From Sulfurospirillum sp. (GTDB taxonomy: Bacteria > Campylobacterota > Campylobacteria > Campylobacterales > Sulfurospirillaceae), in the NCBI GenBank assembly GCA_045047115.1, contig JASFYR010000002.1, positions 1 through 60,277 of the forward strand: a stretch of 60,277 nucleotides of DNA. The letters run 5' to 3'. Each line of letters starts with the position of its first letter. Within the stretch, counting starts at the first letter, position 1. Position numbers and translations under genes: made by a program. Shown piece by piece: positions 19,255 through 28,851 of the stretch. The notes under the pieces are model-generated. The model saw only the letters and a program-made list of their open reading frames with translations. It made no database searches and was not told where the DNA came from.

Positions 19255-20427
19255 GTGATGGCTTTTAAACCATTGACATATAAAAATATTGCTGAAGTAA
19301 TTCGAAACTTCACGCCAAATTGGTTTACTCTAAATATGGGTACAGGTATCGCTTTTTTAACACTACATAACATAAAAGCGAATTTATTTGCTTCTCAAGT
19401 GTTTTGGGGAGAGATGCTTTGGTTTGTCGACATATTTTTTTTCGTATTGTTTTCTATATTGTTTATAGCAAGAATTATTTTTTATCCAGAAGCTGTTAAG
19501 CTTATGCTAAAGCATCCTATTCAATCAATGTTTCTGGGAGCTATTCCTATGGCGCTTGTTCCCATACTTGAAGGATTTGCAATTTTTGGGATATCTTTAT
19601 TTGGTGATGGAGCTTTAAATATTTCTCTTTATTTGTGGTGGATTGATGCATTTTTGGCAGCTGGTGTTGGTTGGCTTGTTCCGTATTTTATGTTTACAAT
19701 TCAAGAAGATCATAAGCTTGAAAATATGACAGCAGTATGGCTTTTACCAATTGTAGCATCAGAGGTTACTGCTTCTGCGGGTGGAATGCTTGCTCCATAT
19801 TTTCCCACTGCGATAGCTGAACCGATGCTAGTAACCAGTTATGTTTTATGGGCATTTTCTGTACCATTGGCACTTTCTGTACTGGTTATTTTATACCTAA
19901 GACTTGTATCACATAAACTACCCGAAAAAGCATTGGCAGTTACAAGTTGGCTGACATTAGGTCCACTTGGTACTGGAGCATTGGGGCTTTTATTGCTCGG
20001 AAATGCTTCAAGAACAGTACTCGTCGGAACCCAACTTGAACATTTTATAGATTTTTTATACTCATTTGGATTTATTGCCGGATTGTTGTTGTGGGCTTAT
20101 GGCTTGTGGTGGTATGTTATGTCTTGGATTATTACATTGAAGTTTTTTAAAGAGGGTCTCCCGTTTAATATGGGGTGGTGGGGATTTACATTTCCTCTTG
20201 GAGTATTTACGGCAGCAACATTTCAATTATGGCAAGTAACCAAGTATGAAATATTTATGATTTTAGGAGTTCTTTTTTCTATACAACTTGCAGTGTTCTG
20301 GGTACTTGTCTTTATCAAAACACTTAAAGGTATGTGGAGCGGGTATCTATTTCATGCACCTTGTCTATCTCCTGAAACCGGACTTCCAAAACCCGAAGAA
20401 GAATGCAAAAAAGTTTTTGAAAAGTAA
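19255..20427 (+). CDS. TDT/SLAC1-family anion channel (Ssu1/Mae1-like)
   Basis: FTPNWFTLNMGTG, WLLPIVA, LGPLG, WWGFTFPLG; about ten TMs. Confidence 0.9.
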   Translation: MMAFKPLTYKNIAEVIRNFTPNWFTLNMGTGIAFLTLHNIKANLFASQVFWGEMLWFVDIFFFVLFSILFIARIIFYPEAVKLMLKHPIQSMFLGAIPMALVPILEGFAIFGISLFGDGALNISLYLWWIDAFLAAGVGWLVPYFMFTIQEDHKLENMTAVWLLPIVASEVTASAGGMLAPYFPTAIAEPMLVTSYVLWAFSVPLALSVLVILYLRLVSHKLPEKALAVTSWLTLGPLGTGALGLLLLGNASRTVLVGTQLEHFIDFLYSFGFIAGLLLWAYGLWWYVMSWIITLKFFKEGLPFNMGWWGFTFPLGVFTAATFQLWQVTKYEIFMILGVLFSIQLAVFWVLVFIKTLKGMWSGYLFHAPCLSPETGLPKPEEECKKVFEK

Positions 20428-20457
20428 AGAAAAAATTTAATATTTTAAGGAAGAATT

Positions 20458-20790
20458 ATGAAAAAAGAAAAATGGGTAATGCAATTATTAGAACCAAATC
20501 ACTATGCACATTTATTTAACATGTTACATGCAAATATAAGTGATATTGATATAAAAGTTGTTGTAGTAGGTGGTGCAGTATTACCTGCATTTGCACCTGG
20601 ACATTTAAGTGAAAAAATTGAAGAGTTTGCAGCTAAAGGTGTTGACTTTAAATTTTGTATAAACAGCATGCATTTGCTTGGACTTGATGACAAAGAACCA
20701 CCTAAAGGCACATCTGTAGCAACTGATGGTGGATTACGAGCTATAAGTGATGATAGAAAAGCAGGATATACATACTTTGTAGTTGCGTAA
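20458..20790 (+). CDS. DsrE-family protein (putative sulfur carrier)
   Basis: 110 aa; VVVVGGAV, GVDFKFCINSM with the conserved Cys, GYTY C-terminus. Confidence 0.75.
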   Translation: MKKEKWVMQLLEPNHYAHLFNMLHANISDIDIKVVVVGGAVLPAFAPGHLSEKIEEFAAKGVDFKFCINSMHLLGLDDKEPPKGTSVATDGGLRAISDDRKAGYTYFVVA

Positions 20791-20906
20791 ATAGCTATGG
20801 ATCACAAACAGAACAAAGAATATAAAAAAACAATAATTCCTCCTATCTATTATTGCCAGTTAAGGTTTAGCGTACTGTTAAAAATACAATAGAGGAGAAG
20901 TTTAAA

Positions 20907-22742
20907 ATGAATATTATGTTATATGACAAGTATAAAATCAAACAATTCGAATTTAAAAATCGTTTAATCATGCTACCAACAGTCACAAATTTTGCCACTC
21001 TGGATGGATTTGTTACAAAAAAGAATATAAACTATTATAAAATAAGGTCAAAAGGGCCGGCGGCTATTATTTGTGAAGCATCTTATACACATCCTATGGG
21101 TAAGTGTTTTCCTAACCAAATGGGAATAGATACCGATGATAAAATTGAAGGACTCAGCAAGATTGTAAAAGCAATTTCAGAAACCACCATCCCTGGCATT
21201 CAGCTTGCTTTAAATGTCAAATCAAAATCAGTAAATGATTTGTCAAAAGAAGAAATAACCTTGATAAGAGACTCTTTTGTCAAGGCAGCCATTAGGGCGA
21301 AAAAGGCAGGGTTTCAGTTGATTGAACTACACTTTGCACATGGCTGGTTGCTCAATCAATTTCTAAGCAAGGCATCAAATAAAAGGACCGATAAATATGG
21401 TGGAAACCTGGAAAACAGGATGAGACTTGCCTTGGAAATAACGGAGCTGGTAAGAAAAGAACTGAAAGATGAAATTCTTGAAGCCCGCGTGAATGCTGAT
21501 GATTATACTAAAGATGGTTTTAGCCTGGAGGAAGCTATTGTTTTTTCAAAACAATTGGAAAAACTGGGGGTAGACATTCTTAATGTTACCGCAGGAACGG
21601 GTCCGACTACTTATGTTCACATTTCACCTATGTCAATGCCGAAAGCTCCGTTGATAGAGTATGTGCAAAAAATTAAAGAACAGGTTGATATACCGGTAAT
21701 GGCTGCTAATCGTTTGAATGATTATGAAATAGCTGAGAATATACTGAATCAGCATAAGGCTGATTTTATTGGTATAGCAAGAGGGCTTATTGGTGATCCG
21801 CATTTAGTTGAAAAATGGGAAAAGAAAGATTTTGAGGATGTTATCCCTTGTATTGCCTGCAATCAAGCCTGTATTGCTGGAATTCAGAGTCAAAAGCAAC
21901 TTACCTGCCTTATGAATCCTGTGGTTTACGATGAGCCTGTTTTACAGCAACCCGGTATGTATAAAAGAAAAATATTGATAATTGGTGCTGGTCCCGCTGG
22001 ATTGTCGTGTGCTAAATATTTAAAGATGAGAGGGATGGAAGTTGTTCTCTGTGAAAAAGAGAGTGAAATTGGCGGTCAGCTATGTATAGCACATGTACCG
22101 CCACATAAAGCTGAGTTTCAAAAGGTAATTGATTATTATACTTATATTATTAAAAAATTAAATATTGATTTAAGATTAAATACCGAAGTAGATTTAGACT
22201 ATATCAGGCAATTACAGTCGGCAGTAGTGGTATTTGCTTTGGGTGCAGAACCGGTTGTTCCAGATTTTGCAAAAAACAATCCGTTTGTAATAACATCGGA
22301 TGATGTTTTGCAATCCAAAAAAACGGGAGAGAGCGTTGCCATATTGGGTGCAGGGTTGGTCGGCCTTGAAACTGCGCAATATTTGGTAAAACAAAATAAA
22401 AACATCATTGTATTTGAAATGGAAAGTGAAATACTTGGGGATATGCCTATTGTTCTAAAAAAACCATTTTTAGAAAAGCTGGATTCCCGTATTGAAATTC
22501 GTACCAATCATAAAGTGTTGAATATTAAAGAAAATACCTTATCTTTACAGGATACTACTTCCGGGAACTTGCTGGAGAAGAAATTTGACACCATTGTTCT
22601 GGCTTTGGGAAGAAAACCGAATTATAACCTGAAAAATAGTTTTAATATTTGTATGGACACCATTGATATTGGTGATTATAAACAAGTAAGAGATGCTGTT
22701 ATAGCAGTCAAAGAAGGTTTTGAAGCAGCAATGATGATTTAG
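20907..22742 (+). CDS. FMN/4Fe-4S/FAD NADH:flavin oxidoreductase (2,4-dienoyl-CoA reductase/BaiCD-like OYE)
   Basis: FKNRLIM, SNKRTDKYGGNLENRMR, CIACNQAC...C, two GxGxxG Rossmann motifs. Confidence 0.9.
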   Translation: MNIMLYDKYKIKQFEFKNRLIMLPTVTNFATLDGFVTKKNINYYKIRSKGPAAIICEASYTHPMGKCFPNQMGIDTDDKIEGLSKIVKAISETTIPGIQLALNVKSKSVNDLSKEEITLIRDSFVKAAIRAKKAGFQLIELHFAHGWLLNQFLSKASNKRTDKYGGNLENRMRLALEITELVRKELKDEILEARVNADDYTKDGFSLEEAIVFSKQLEKLGVDILNVTAGTGPTTYVHISPMSMPKAPLIEYVQKIKEQVDIPVMAANRLNDYEIAENILNQHKADFIGIARGLIGDPHLVEKWEKKDFEDVIPCIACNQACIAGIQSQKQLTCLMNPVVYDEPVLQQPGMYKRKILIIGAGPAGLSCAKYLKMRGMEVVLCEKESEIGGQLCIAHVPPHKAEFQKVIDYYTYIIKKLNIDLRLNTEVDLDYIRQLQSAVVVFALGAEPVVPDFAKNNPFVITSDDVLQSKKTGESVAILGAGLVGLETAQYLVKQNKNIIVFEMESEILGDMPIVLKKPFLEKLDSRIEIRTNHKVLNIKENTLSLQDTTSGNLLEKKFDTIVLALGRKPNYNLKNSFNICMDTIDIGDYKQVRDAVIAVKEGFEAAMMI

Positions 22743-22745
22743 TAC

Positions 22746-22820
22746 GAGCCCGTTCAAAAATTTGTGTCTTTTTAGGTTTTTGTTATTTTGCCTGATCGAC
22801 ACGGATTTCTGAACGGTCTC
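22746..22820. mobile_element. 75-bp MITE-like element with IS5-like termini
   Basis: Imperfect 23-bp TIR (gagcccgttcaaaaatttgtgtc vs gagaccgttcagaaatccgtgtc, 19/23) flanked by a TAC direct repeat (22743-22745, 22821-22823). Confidence 0.6.
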
Positions 22821-22839
22821 TACTTTTAAAATCTTAGAT

Positions 22840-23640
22840 TTATTTTTTCCATCCTTCTGATTCAAATATTTTCAATGCTTCCTTGCCATTAAGAAACTTA
22901 ATAAATTTTGCAGTCTCTGGATCTGCCTTGTCGTTTGTTACAATTGTTAAATCTCTATAAATAACACGCTGTTTTGAAAGCTCTACTATCTCAGCATCAT
23001 TTGGGTGTGTTAGCGGCCAATGAGACCAAGTTATCCATCCATCAGCTTTTTTACCTTTAAATGCTCTAAAGCTAGCACCGCTACCTTTGGCAAAATCTAT
23101 AATATTTTTACGAAATGCTTTTACATCATTTAATGAGCCCAATCTTCCGGCAACATCTTCCCACACACCGGTTCCAGATGTATTATACACGCCAGCACCC
23201 TCTGTTACAACAACCTTCATACCTGGCTTTATCAAATCATTAAAACCTTTTATGTGCTTTGGGTTTCCTTTTTGAACAGCGATTACAGCTCTTCTGATAA
23301 ATATTGGCATTACATCACTACTGCTAAACTCTTTATAGTTTTCTAAAAAAGCAGTCATTGCTTGTTCAGCTGTTCCCCACATAATATCTGCATTCTTTTT
23401 TGCATTTTGAGTCCACTTGTGTTCAGGTCCAAAATTTACTTTCACAGGAATGCCTGTTTTTTTTGTAAAAACTTTTCCTACTCTGATGAAAGCTGTGTGT
23501 GGGCCACCGGCACCATATAGGTTGATAACACCGTCTCTTGGCTCATATTTTGGAGTAGCTTCACTGGCTATTAGTGTTGTAGATGATAATACCATTGCAG
23601 CAATAGGTACTAAGAGCATCTTAGTCTTGTTTTTTTTCAT
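22840..23640 (-). CDS. AcfC/PEB3/Paa-like periplasmic anion-binding protein
   Basis: Signal peptide; INLYGAGGPHT, FGPE..W, GNPKHIKG, NTSGTGVWED...GR, YRD motifs. Confidence 0.85.
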   Translation of the reverse strand: MKKNKTKMLLVPIAAMVLSSTTLIASEATPKYEPRDGVINLYGAGGPHTAFIRVGKVFTKKTGIPVKVNFGPEHKWTQNAKKNADIMWGTAEQAMTAFLENYKEFSSSDVMPIFIRRAVIAVQKGNPKHIKGFNDLIKPGMKVVVTEGAGVYNTSGTGVWEDVAGRLGSLNDVKAFRKNIIDFAKGSGASFRAFKGKKADGWITWSHWPLTHPNDAEIVELSKQRVIYRDLTIVTNDKADPETAKFIKFLNGKEALKIFESEGWKK

Positions 23641-23705
23641 TTTATTTCCTTTTGTTTGGCTAATAGCAATATTTTGCTATGACCTAGATTTTTGATACAA
23701 CAAAA

Positions 23706-23739
23706 TGATAACAATAGTTTGTGGAGATTGTATGAAGAT
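23706..23739 (-). promoter_or_regulatory. Direct repeat plus extended -10 upstream of the AcfC-like gene
   Basis: Minus strand ATCTTCA / ATCTCCA 11 bp apart, then TGtTATCAT. Confidence 0.4.
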
Positions 23740-23822
23740 TATATAAGAGTGAATAGTTTGTTGTTGTTTTAAGTGCTAGAGAAGCTATAACTGTAAAAAG
23801 TGAAAAAGAGGGATTAACCAGT

Positions 23823-23853
23823 CTCTACTTTCCCCCATTTTGTTGATATGATA
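23823..23853 (+). promoter_or_regulatory. Porin promoter, near-copy of the ttrBCA promoter
   Basis: ctactttcccccattttgttgatatgata is 25/29 identical to 13983-14011. Confidence 0.6.
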
Positions 23854-23880
23854 CAAAATAATTTTTAACAGGAGGAAAAG

Positions 23881-25137
23881 ATGGAATTAAAAAACTTAGG
23901 TTTAAGCGTATTGGCAGTAGCTGCTTTTACAACAAATGTTTACTCTGCAGATTCGCTAAAAGATGCATTTTCAAATGGTAAATTTGATGGGGGATTTAAA
24001 GCAGTTGTCTATGATGTAGATAAGGCTGCCAAAGGGAAAGAAAGCATAACGAGTCTTGGAGTTATGTTGCACTATACAACTGCACCTTTTTATGGATTTA
24101 GTATAGGTTTAAGAGCTCAGTCAAGTAACTCTCCATGGACAAATGATAAAGAAAAAAAGTTTTACAAAGCTGATCTTTATGGCCCGGGAGCTGTTTTGGA
24201 AGAAGCGTATTTGAAATATCAGATCAAAAAAAGCTCAATCAAAGTAGGAAGACAGTTTATAAAAACACCACTTTTGTCAGGAAGCGGTTCAAGAATCATA
24301 CATGAGTCTTTTGAAGGATATACTGCCGATATAAAAGCATTGCCAAAGACAAGTATATTTGCCGGGTATGTAAATAAGTATCTAACCAGGACAAATTTTC
24401 TAACTTCAACTGACCAAGGAGTCGGAACTTTTGCCAAAAATATTTTTATGTATGGTGCAAAGTATAAGTATAAAATGGATAATCTTTGGACTGTTATGAT
24501 AAACAACAAGAGTGTTAAAGGTTTAAATTTAACAGGTCAATATTTGGTGGTCAAAAACGCTACTATCGCAAGCACAAATACTCCTCAAGGAGATATTACA
24601 GTAGGTTTAGCTCAGGCTGAATATAAATTTAAAGCAGGCGGTCTTGGCATGCTTGCAGGAATCCAATACGGCTCCAGTAATGTAGATAAAGATCCTACTA
24701 GAAGCGGTGATCTTGTAGGATTTAAACTAGCAACCAAATACAATGGTCTTATGGCAGGCTTAGGCTATACTATAGCCAATAAGGACAAGAGTATGGTCTC
24801 TGGCGTAGGTATCTCATCAAACTGGGCATATGCAGGAGATAAAATAGGACTAGAAAATTATAATAAAGATGTAGATGCCTTGTCTTTAAATCTTAAATAC
24901 AAGTTCAAAAAATTTGGCATGAAAAATCTTATGATGCTTGGAAGATATACAAGATACAATATGGGTTCAAATGCAACTCTTAATGGAGGAAAAGATTTGA
25001 ATGCGTATGATTTTGTAGCAAGATATGCATTTTTAGGCAGCTTAAAAGGTTTGGCGGTTAAAGTTCACTATGAAAATGTAACTTATGACACAGGAGATGT
25101 GACAAACTACAGACTCTATGCAGACTATAAATTTTAA
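23881..25137 (+). CDS. OprD-like outer membrane porin (Campylobacterota type)
   Basis: Signal peptide, ADSLKDAFSNGKFDG, KVGRQFIKTPL, C-terminal YRLYADYKF beta-signal. Confidence 0.88.
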   Translation: MELKNLGLSVLAVAAFTTNVYSADSLKDAFSNGKFDGGFKAVVYDVDKAAKGKESITSLGVMLHYTTAPFYGFSIGLRAQSSNSPWTNDKEKKFYKADLYGPGAVLEEAYLKYQIKKSSIKVGRQFIKTPLLSGSGSRIIHESFEGYTADIKALPKTSIFAGYVNKYLTRTNFLTSTDQGVGTFAKNIFMYGAKYKYKMDNLWTVMINNKSVKGLNLTGQYLVVKNATIASTNTPQGDITVGLAQAEYKFKAGGLGMLAGIQYGSSNVDKDPTRSGDLVGFKLATKYNGLMAGLGYTIANKDKSMVSGVGISSNWAYAGDKIGLENYNKDVDALSLNLKYKFKKFGMKNLMMLGRYTRYNMGSNATLNGGKDLNAYDFVARYAFLGSLKGLAVKVHYENVTYDTGDVTNYRLYADYKF

Positions 25138-25142
25138 TTAAA

Positions 25143-25178
25143 AAGCTGTGCAAATCAAAAACAAGATTTGCACAGCTT
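25143..25178. terminator. Hairpin after the porin gene
   Basis: AAGCTGTGCAAATC-8 nt-GATTTGCACAGCTT, perfect 14-bp stem. Confidence 0.7.
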
Positions 25179-25377
25179 AAATTTGCCCCACTAAAATCTA
25201 CCTTAATTATAAATAAAATCACTACATCAGAACTTGAGTTAGTTAGTTGATGGTGTAGTAATAAAATCAAATATCTCATCTGCTTTTAAATTTTTTGTAT
25301 CTATTACGAGTGTATTAAAATCAATTCTTTTAGGCATACTCTAATCAAATCAATGCTATTATACACAAAAAACAAGG

Positions 25378-26214
25378 ATGGAATTTATGCAGTTAAATGA
25401 GATATACCAAAAAAAACATGAGTTATGGCTAAAGATACTTTTTGCCTCTTTTGCTATCTTAAACGAGGAGGTAAAGAGTGAGCTTTATGATATGGCAGGC
25501 ATCGAGTTTAGGCATCTAAAGTGGCTCTCAAATCGTATGAAAGAAGAGGGTATTGAGTATGATTATGAAAAAAATGAGATAGATATAAAAAAGGCTACAA
25601 ATTTTAATTTTTTTAGATTTTTAATAGATGAGATATCTATCCTTCAAAAAAAGTATGCACAAGACGATAAGTTATATTTTAGAATGCAGACAGATGAGGA
25701 GTATTTTCTCTTTGAGCTTCAAAAGTTTTTAGCTGATTCAAAATATGATGAAGAGGTATGTGCTTTCAATAAAAAACGAGTATATAAAGGTAAGAAACTA
25801 AGTAAAACTTCGACTGACGCTTTGACCATTTTTTTGTTTGAAGAGAGCTACAAAGAGTATGAACTCATCATGATTTATGCCTATATGCAAAACCACACCA
25901 ATAGCGTGAGTCTGTACAATGTTTATCAGGATCTCATAGATGAATCGATGTTTCACCTGAAATGTTTTGGCGATATGCAAGCACAGATGGGCATACTTTC
26001 AATCCCAAGAACCATCATAGAATCACTCTATAAAAGAGATGATATAAAAGCTTTCTTTCAAGATGGCATAGAAGAGGAAAAAGCAGCCAAAGAGGAGTGT
26101 ATAAAACTTTCAAGTGCAGTCCAAGATGAGGAGTTATCCAAGTTTTTTGATTTTATAAATTACCAGGAAAACTATCATATGGAGCTAATGCAAAAGGCGA
26201 TAAAAGTTTTATGA
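25378..26214 (+). CDS. Ferritin-like (di-iron four-helix bundle) protein
   Basis: Repeated E..H ligand motifs (EFRH, DESMFH, QENYH); helical and acidic. Confidence 0.7.
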   Translation: MEFMQLNEIYQKKHELWLKILFASFAILNEEVKSELYDMAGIEFRHLKWLSNRMKEEGIEYDYEKNEIDIKKATNFNFFRFLIDEISILQKKYAQDDKLYFRMQTDEEYFLFELQKFLADSKYDEEVCAFNKKRVYKGKKLSKTSTDALTIFLFEESYKEYELIMIYAYMQNHTNSVSLYNVYQDLIDESMFHLKCFGDMQAQMGILSIPRTIIESLYKRDDIKAFFQDGIEEEKAAKEECIKLSSAVQDEELSKFFDFINYQENYHMELMQKAIKVL

Positions 26215-26327
26215 TTTAGTTTCAATAGCCTCTATATGTAGAGTTCATGATTGGCGTGTGGGTAATTATGTTATACTGGACTCTGCATCTTTTTTTGTTT
26301 GCTAATATAAAATTTTGGAGATAAATA

Positions 26328-28145
26328 TTGTTGTTTTCTGAAAAAAATATACCCAAATTGATTATCCTGACCCCAATATTTACTATTGTTGTATTGGCTT
26401 TTATCTTGTCGTATTCATTTATAGAGATGCAAAATAGTTACTATGTACAAGAAAGTAAACAACTAGAATATAGCTATAGTAAAAAACAGAAAATGACACT
26501 TAAAAGTGAAATGAATAATATTTTTAAATATATTGAATATCAAAAAAACTTAATACTTGGTAATATAAAAAAAGATATGAAAATTCAAATGAAAGCTTTT
26601 GCAAAATCGATAGAAAAAAATAACTCTTTGCAAAGATACATAACCTATATCAAACAAAATTCAAATGATAATACAGATTTTATTATATATAATTACAAAA
26701 GAAAAATTTTATATAAAGAGAAAGATATATTTTTTGAGCCTTCAATAATAAAAAAATATAACGGTGAAAAAGAAATTTTTGTTTTAAGAGACGAAACAAC
26801 TCTTTATCTTCTAAAAAAAATTCCTAAAAAAAATATAATAATTATTCTGAAAAAAGATATATTTTATAAATTAGATGATTTAAAAAATGCTATTGCCAGA
26901 TGGATAGAATTAGTTAGGTTTGGTAGGGGTAATTATTTTTGGATATATACGAATACAAACAAATTAGTTGCACACCCTTACAGGAAAAATGAAATAGGCG
27001 TAGATGATACAGATATAAAAAACCGGAATAATGTTCATTATGTACAAAAAATTGTTAAAATGGCTATCAAAAATCCAAATGGAAGTTTTTTTGAGTTTTT
27101 ATATCCAAAAGAAGATAGTAATCTTAGTGCAAAAAAACTAAGTTATGTCAGATTATACTCTGAGTGGCATTGGATTATAGGGTGTGGGATATATGTAGAT
27201 GAGATTAAAAAGGTTATAGCCAGAAAAAATGATTTGCTACACGAGAAAATACAAAAATATATAAAAAAAGTATTAATCACAGCTATATTGTCTATTTTGT
27301 TTATATCTATAATGTCAATAATGCTTTCTAGGGAAATCAATAAAACATTTCTTAAATATAAAAAAAGAGTAAGAAAAAAAGAAAAAGATCTCAAAGATTT
27401 AAACAACAGTTTGCATTATAAAATTCAAAAAGCGCTGAAAGACGCAAAAGAAAAAGACAGAGCTATGCTGCATCAGTCAAGATTAGCCAGGATGGGCGAA
27501 ATGCTTAGTATGATTTCTCATCAATGGAGACAACCGTTAAATCAACTAAATAGCATAATGATGGAACTCGAGACAAGGGTTATGTTCAAAAAAACAACCG
27601 AAAAATTTCTGATTTTGTGTGTGGAAGATGCGACAAAAATAATTCAGTTTATGTCTTCTAGTATGGAAGATTTTAAAAATTTTTATAAGCCAAAAAAAGA
27701 CAAAGAGCATTTTCTCATTTCAGTAGCCTGCAAAGATGCCATCTCTCTTATAAAAGATTATCTAAACTCTGCACATATAGTATTGCATTTTATTGTAAAA
27801 AAAGACAAGAAGGTTAATGGCTACAAAAGAGAATACTCACAAGTAATCTTAAATATCCTTTTAAATGCGAAAGATGCACTAATGTCAAGTGGTATGAGCA
27901 AAAAGAGTATAACATTAATCATTGATACAAAAAATTGTTCTTCGATAGTAACGATTAAAGATAATGCCGGAGGTATAGAAAATAATATTATTGATTTGAT
28001 TTTTGAGCCCTATTTTTCCACAAAGAAGATACAGGGTACTGGTCTTGGGTTATATATGTCAAAAATGATAATTGAAAAAAATATGCAAGGGAAGCTAAGC
28101 GTAAAAAACGATGCATATGGAGCAGTATTTGAAATCATACTCTAA
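26328..28145 (+). CDS. Cache-domain sensor histidine kinase
   Basis: YFWI...AHPY, KKLSYV...WHWIIGCGIY (sCache-like); SHQWRQPL H-box; HATPase motifs. Confidence 0.92.
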   Translation: MLFSEKNIPKLIILTPIFTIVVLAFILSYSFIEMQNSYYVQESKQLEYSYSKKQKMTLKSEMNNIFKYIEYQKNLILGNIKKDMKIQMKAFAKSIEKNNSLQRYITYIKQNSNDNTDFIIYNYKRKILYKEKDIFFEPSIIKKYNGEKEIFVLRDETTLYLLKKIPKKNIIIILKKDIFYKLDDLKNAIARWIELVRFGRGNYFWIYTNTNKLVAHPYRKNEIGVDDTDIKNRNNVHYVQKIVKMAIKNPNGSFFEFLYPKEDSNLSAKKLSYVRLYSEWHWIIGCGIYVDEIKKVIARKNDLLHEKIQKYIKKVLITAILSILFISIMSIMLSREINKTFLKYKKRVRKKEKDLKDLNNSLHYKIQKALKDAKEKDRAMLHQSRLARMGEMLSMISHQWRQPLNQLNSIMMELETRVMFKKTTEKFLILCVEDATKIIQFMSSSMEDFKNFYKPKKDKEHFLISVACKDAISLIKDYLNSAHIVLHFIVKKDKKVNGYKREYSQVILNILLNAKDALMSSGMSKKSITLIIDTKNCSSIVTIKDNAGGIENNIIDLIFEPYFSTKKIQGTGLGLYMSKMIIEKNMQGKLSVKNDAYGAVFEIIL

Positions 28146-28159
28146 GATATGAAGGAGAT

Positions 28160-28840
28160 TTGAAGATGTTACGGTTAGAGAAGGAATTAAAAGTTTTTAC
28201 AGTTTTACTGGTTGAAGATGATGAAGATGTAAAAGTTAGGCTGAGAAATATTTTAAGTTTTTATTTTAAAGATGTGTATGAGGCAAGTGATGGGGATATG
28301 GCATATAAAATTTTTTTATCAAAGAAGCCAAATTTGATAATTTCAGATATAGTAATGCAGTACAAAAACGGTATATATCTAGTAAAAAAAATAAGGCAGA
28401 CAAACTTATCTGTACCGATAATAATCTTAAGTGCATATCCAAAAGAGGAGTATTTATTAAAACTAATCAATCTGAAAATTGATCAATATCTACTTAAACC
28501 CACTACAAACAAAGAGTTGTTTTTGGCGATTTCTAAAGTTTTGTGTGGTGAGAATTACTCTATGATTGAGCTCTGCGAAAATATATTTTTAGATACTGAC
28601 AACAATCAAGTTATTTTTGAAGATAAAAAAATTGACTTGCGGAAAAAAGAGAAAGATTTTTTAGAGCTTCTGTGTAGAAATAGAAACAGAATTACAAAAT
28701 ATTTTTTGATTCAAGATTATGTTTGGACAGATAAATATATGTCACAGGATGCTTTAAAAACATTTGTAAAAGAACTAAGAAAGAAACTTCCTAAAAATAT
28801 CATTGAAAATATAAAACAAGAGGGTTATAAACTCATATAG
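28160..28840 (+). CDS. OmpR-family response regulator
   Basis: LVEDD, SDIVM, LKP, winged-helix C-terminus. Confidence 0.9.
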   Translation: MKMLRLEKELKVFTVLLVEDDEDVKVRLRNILSFYFKDVYEASDGDMAYKIFLSKKPNLIISDIVMQYKNGIYLVKKIRQTNLSVPIIILSAYPKEEYLLKLINLKIDQYLLKPTTNKELFLAISKVLCGENYSMIELCENIFLDTDNNQVIFEDKKIDLRKKEKDFLELLCRNRNRITKYFLIQDYVWTDKYMSQDALKTFVKELRKKLPKNIIENIKQEGYKLI

Positions 28841-28851
28841 TTTTTAGTAAT

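Noticed and set aside
25239..25337. 32-aa minus-strand ORF (MPKRIDFNTLV...) with an upstream TATAAT
   Set aside because: No recognisable motif or strong RBS; possibly a gene remnant but unsupported.
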